Shown here: piece after piece, positions 49,967 through 53,189 of the stretch
Layout of the letters: every line of letters starts with the position of its first letter
How positions within the stretch are numbered: position 1 is the stretch's first letter
Assembly (NCBI GenBank): GCA_045655765.1
Contig: JAZOQA010000014.1
Coordinates: forward strand, 1 to 53,189
Origin: Eubacteriales bacterium
GTDB taxonomy: Bacteria; Bacillota; Clostridia; Oscillospirales; CAG-272
Direction: 5' to 3'
Length of the DNA: 53,189 nucleotides
Program-made: the position numbers and the translations under genes
Notes under the pieces: model-generated
Told to the model about the DNA's origin: nothing
The model's database searches: none
The model's input: the letters and a program-made list of their open reading frames with translations, nothing else

Positions 49967-50368
49967 ATGATAAAATTATTCATCGGCGGCAAGGGCTCCG
50001 GAAAAACTAAGGCCCTTATCGAGCTTTCCAACAATGCGGCAAATACGAGCAAGGGTTCCGTAATAGTTATCGAAAAAGGAAGTAAGCTCAAGCACGAAAT
50101 TACATACAAAGCAAGACTTGTTGATACTGATTATTACTTTGTTTCCGACTCTGAATCACTCTTCGGCTTCATTGCAGGAATTCTCGCATCCAACAGCGAC
50201 ATCACCGACATATTCGTTGATTCCGCACTTAAAATCGTTGGCAACGACACTGCGGCATTTGAAGCTATGCTTGGCAAAGTAAGCAAAATTTCAAACGATG
50301 TGAATATCGTAATGACCGTATCAATTCCTGTTGAGGAGTGCCCCGAGGGCATCAAGGCATATACTTAA
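49967..50368 (+). CDS. Small P-loop hypothetical protein (conserved clostridial type)
   Basis: N-terminal GGKGSGKT, GFIAGI...N.DI..IFVDS; AAGGAGG RBS; terminator at 50378-50413. Confidence 0.8.
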   Translation: MIKLFIGGKGSGKTKALIELSNNAANTSKGSVIVIEKGSKLKHEITYKARLVDTDYYFVSDSESLFGFIAGILASNSDITDIFVDSALKIVGNDTAAFEAMLGKVSKISNDVNIVMTVSIPVEECPEGIKAYT

Positions 50369-50504
50369 AATATATCGCTTCGGCACTGTAAATTCTCGGT
50401 GCCGAAGTTTTTTTGATTTTAACGCATTTTATTCCTCTTTCATAATATATTAACGAGGTGAGAAGATTTCGCCTCAGCCGTATATGGTAAAAAGGAGAAT
50501 AATA

Positions 50505-51353
50505 ATGCAAGAAAACAGAAATACACAGTTCGGATCTCGCTCTGACAACCGCACAACGGTATGCATAGACACCAACGTTGTTCTCGATTGCTGTAAGGAC
50601 AGAGATTGCTTCGAGGATGCCCGTGTTTATCTTTGCGAGGACGGCGAGCAAATGCTCGAATGCGGAACGAACATCAGAACAAAATCATCTAAAATTCTTT
50701 GGGCGTTTGTAGGAGTCGAGGAGGTTCCGTTCAACAACGGCTTCTATCGCATCACAGTAAGATATTATATAGAAGTAGAGTTTGAGGGATGCGTAGGAGT
50801 CGGAAGAAGTAAGTGCTTCAAGGGTCTTGTTGTTCTTTCAAAGGATGTAGTGCTCTACGGTGGATGCGGCAGGGCAATTTCCTTCTCATCCGACCCTGAG
50901 AACAACTATTGCTCGGTTGGCAACACCGACAACGTCTCTACTAACGACCCCATAGCTATCGTTGAGACCGTAGAGCCTATAATCCTCGGCTCAAAGGTGG
51001 TTGACTGTGGTTGCCCCTGCACACAGTGTCTTTGTGAGTGCGGGGAGATTCCCGATGTAGTAAGCGAGCGTTTTGGCGGGAACTTTAATTTTGGCGATGA
51101 CGGTCGCAGACTTTTCGTTTCTCTCGGAATTTTCTCTGTGATTCGTGTTGAGCGTCCCACTCAGCTTCTTGTTCAAGGCACGGATTACAGCGTTCCTGAC
51201 AAGGAGTGTCCCCCTGCACAGGCGGGCGAAAACCCTTGTGCTATGTTTAGAACTATGGCATTTCCTACCTCGCAGTTTAACGGCGGAGCTTGTTGTGTTC
51301 GTGATACAGACACAAACGAGAAAAGGAGCGGCGGCTGCGGTTGCGGAAAGTAA
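50505..51353 (+). CDS. Cysteine-rich hypothetical protein, possible spore coat component
   Basis: ATG 50505 with AAGGAG RBS; CIDTNVVLDCCKDRDC, Cys clusters and a GCGCGK tail; upstream CATAATAT -10. Confidence 0.75.
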   Translation: MQENRNTQFGSRSDNRTTVCIDTNVVLDCCKDRDCFEDARVYLCEDGEQMLECGTNIRTKSSKILWAFVGVEEVPFNNGFYRITVRYYIEVEFEGCVGVGRSKCFKGLVVLSKDVVLYGGCGRAISFSSDPENNYCSVGNTDNVSTNDPIAIVETVEPIILGSKVVDCGCPCTQCLCECGEIPDVVSERFGGNFNFGDDGRRLFVSLGIFSVIRVERPTQLLVQGTDYSVPDKECPPAQAGENPCAMFRTMAFPTSQFNGGACCVRDTDTNEKRSGGCGCGK

Positions 51354-51360
51354 AATAGCA

Positions 51361-51385
51361 AAAAGCCGCCTTTTGAGGCGGCTTT
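51361..51385. terminator. Bidirectional terminator
   Basis: AAAGCCGCC-TTTTGA-GGCGGCTTT between convergent genes. Confidence 0.8.
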
Positions 51386-51404
51386 ATTTAAAACGCAGTC
51401 AAAA

Positions 51405-52184
51405 TCAACTGCGTTTTTTATTTTGTCTCATTATTTCATAAGCAAACATCGTAGTTGCGGATGCCGCAGATAATGACGCTCGAAATTCACGTGCATAATC
51501 TATCTTCACCTTCATATCACATAACGCAAGAACATCCTTGGAAATTCCACGTCGCTCACCGCCGACAATGAGAAAAAGAGGAAAGGGTAGGGAGCATTCG
51601 CCAAGAACGTTTTTCGTATCCAAATCAGCACAGACGACAGTATACCCACGCTCCTTAAAAAAGTCTACGGCACCTATTGCATCGGAGGAAAACATTTGAA
51701 GCTCCTCTGAAGCTCCTGCCGAGCTTCTTGCCACAACGCCAGCAGCACTCATCCAGTTACGCTCAGGTAAAATTATTCCCGAAGCTCCGCAAGCATAAAG
51801 AGAACGAAGCGAATAACCAAAGTTATACGGGTCCTCAATTCCTTGAAGCATTACGTAAAAGCCGTCGGCAGGTAACGAGGCGGCGGAAAGAGATGGAATT
51901 TTTCTTTCCCCGGCAAAGGCTATAATGCCACCGTGAGTGTTTCCAAGTGCATATTTTTCAATCGTTTCGGAGTCTGATTCTAAGATTGTAAAACCGTATT
52001 TTTCCGAAACTGCCCTTAAATATCCCAGCTCTTTTGAAATTTTATTAAGTTTTGATTTATCAAACAATATCTTTTCTATTTTTCTGTCGTTGACGTATTT
52101 ATCGCATCCACGTAAAATCGAGCGAATAGACGTCATACCTTCAAATATTGTAGAATCTTTAAAATTATCAATTTCTTTTCGCAT
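51405..52184 (-). CDS. TrmH/SpoU-family RNA methyltransferase
   Basis: HGGIIA, IEDPYNFG..LRS, SSAGASE, VGGERRGIS and SLSAASA (SPOUT motifs). Confidence 0.92.
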   Translation of the reverse strand: MRKEIDNFKDSTIFEGMTSIRSILRGCDKYVNDRKIEKILFDKSKLNKISKELGYLRAVSEKYGFTILESDSETIEKYALGNTHGGIIAFAGERKIPSLSAASLPADGFYVMLQGIEDPYNFGYSLRSLYACGASGIILPERNWMSAAGVVARSSAGASEELQMFSSDAIGAVDFFKERGYTVVCADLDTKNVLGECSLPFPLFLIVGGERRGISKDVLALCDMKVKIDYAREFRASLSAASATTMFAYEIMRQNKKRS

Positions 52185-52209
52185 TAAATGAATAGTTCCT
52201 TCATATATT
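52181..52209 (+). promoter_or_regulatory. SigE-like promoter of spoIIID
   Basis: gcATT-16 nt-CATATATT; spoIIID is an established SigE target. Confidence 0.6.
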
Positions 52210-52250
52210 TTAATGTAGAGAAAGCATTAATTTTTGGAGGGAAGTTCGCA

Positions 52251-52514
52251 ATGAAACGAACGTATACAGAAGAGCGATGTGAGGTTCTCGGTGACTACGT
52301 AATAAAAACAGGAGCAACCGTAAGAGCAGCTGCACTTCATTTCGGAATCAGCAAAAGCACAATACATAAGGATCTCACCTCAAAGCTAAAAGCAATAAAT
52401 CCGTCACTCTATGACGAGGTAAAAAAAATACTTGAAACAAACAAATCCGAGCGTCATTTAAGAGGCGGTGAAGCCACAAGAAAGAAATATTTACGCTCAA
52501 AAAGGCAATTTTAA
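52251..52514 (+). CDS. spoIIID: Stage III sporulation transcription factor SpoIIID
   Basis: ATVRAAA..FGISKSTIHKDL and NKSERHLRGGEATRKKY; ATG 52251 with GGAGG RBS. Confidence 0.96.
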   Translation: MKRTYTEERCEVLGDYVIKTGATVRAAALHFGISKSTIHKDLTSKLKAINPSLYDEVKKILETNKSERHLRGGEATRKKYLRSKRQF

Positions 52515-52523
52515 AGAAAAAAT

Positions 52524-52567
52524 CGGAGAAAAGCAGGGTAGAGAAGAGCACCCTGCTCCGTTTTTTT
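52524..52567 (+). terminator. Terminator after spoIIID
   Basis: AGCAGGGT/ACCCTGCT stem followed by a T-tract. Confidence 0.7.
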
Positions 52568-52939
52568 ATCAGTTTTTTACCTAAATTAATTATAAACTAT
52601 TTGACCTTAAATTTCAAGTATAATTTTAATCTAAACAAAATTTTTAAAAGGTTATATTCCGATAGATTTCGCAAACAGTATTTAAATAATTAGCGTGTAC
52701 ATAAATTTTAAAGACAAACTCTCTCTACTTGCACGTCTTAAAAAATCAAAATTTCATAGCATTACTCAGTTGCAAAATTGCTATATAGAACTCATAAATC
52801 CCAAAGCAAGGTGAAAAGCCACGTAGTGCTAAAACAAAAAGAGGCTTTGCACCTGATATTAACCAAACACAGCCCAAATACGCAGGAAGAACCCGCCGTT
52901 TTCGGCTTCAAGGGTGTAAATAGCCCTCATTTCGCTACC

Positions 52940-53169
52940 CCGAATTATACAAAATTTATCGTTTTGTTTGCAAGCATCGAAGAAAAGGCGAGGGAAGACC
53001 GAGCTTTTCAACATAAGCAATACAACAAAAGAGGAAAAGGGAGGGCTTCCCGAGTCTTTTCCACCTTACTCGGCTTCCATACAAAACGAAGCGAACGTGA
53101 TTATTTTGTAAGTGCGAGCGAGGACACGACGGAGCAAGTGCGACCCGCAAGCTCGAACGGTTAATTCGG
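52940..53169. repeat. Long imperfect inverted repeat at the window end (MITE/REP-like or structured RNA)
   Basis: Nested arms 52940-52947/53162-53169, 52948-52955/53103-53110, 52960-52967/53081-53088 and 52992-52999/53054-53061. Confidence 0.6.
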
Positions 53170-53189
53170 ATACGAAGACGAAAAGCTCC

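Noticed and set aside
29372-52560. Shared AGAAAAGCAG/AGCAGGGT words in the terminators near 29372 and 52527
   Set aside because: Matches are too short to call a repeat family.
52778-53164. 128-aa ORF at the window end as a possible transposase fragment
   Set aside because: TTG start without RBS, no HUH or DDE motifs, and it runs through an inverted-repeat element.
1-53189. CRISPR array, prophage, IS element, retron or defence operon
   Set aside because: No regularly spaced repeats and no cas, reverse transcriptase, transposase, integrase or phage structural genes were recognised.

Overview
This is a gene-dense, mostly housekeeping segment from a spore-forming Clostridia-like Firmicute, probably a whole metagenomic contig: bases 1-19 are an MGI/DNBSEQ adapter remnant and the 3' end runs into a long imperfect inverted repeat. 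In order it carries recJ-rel-dtd-hemZ; a yabM-hup-yabO-yabP-yabQ cluster; a glgB-glgC-glgD-glgA-glgP-GH13 glycogen operon with aroK; a DUF3343/cysteine desulfurase pair; MBL hydrolase-glnS-comF; rpmG-secE-nusG-rplK-rplA; a D-2-hydroxyacid dehydrogenase; a CDF transporter; acpP; an NfeD-SPFH pair; tRNA-Arg(UCU) and tRNA-His(GUG); an MBL hydrolase with a C-terminal ASRT-like domain; a split sleC-like locus followed by a ClpC-like ATPase; prs-rrf2-lgt-folD; rpsU; pdaA; ybaK; DUF624; a GNAT; a DacF/DacB-like carboxypeptidase; pgi; a TrmH-family methylase and spoIIID. I found no CRISPR array, transposase, integrase, prophage or recognisable defence system. The best leads are the MBL-ASRT fusion next to the tRNAs, a roughly 205-nt multi-stem RNA candidate upstream of prs, the naturally split SleC linked to a ClpC-like ATPase, and several structured intergenic elements. 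All family calls are by-eye motif recognition; no searches or folding programs were run.
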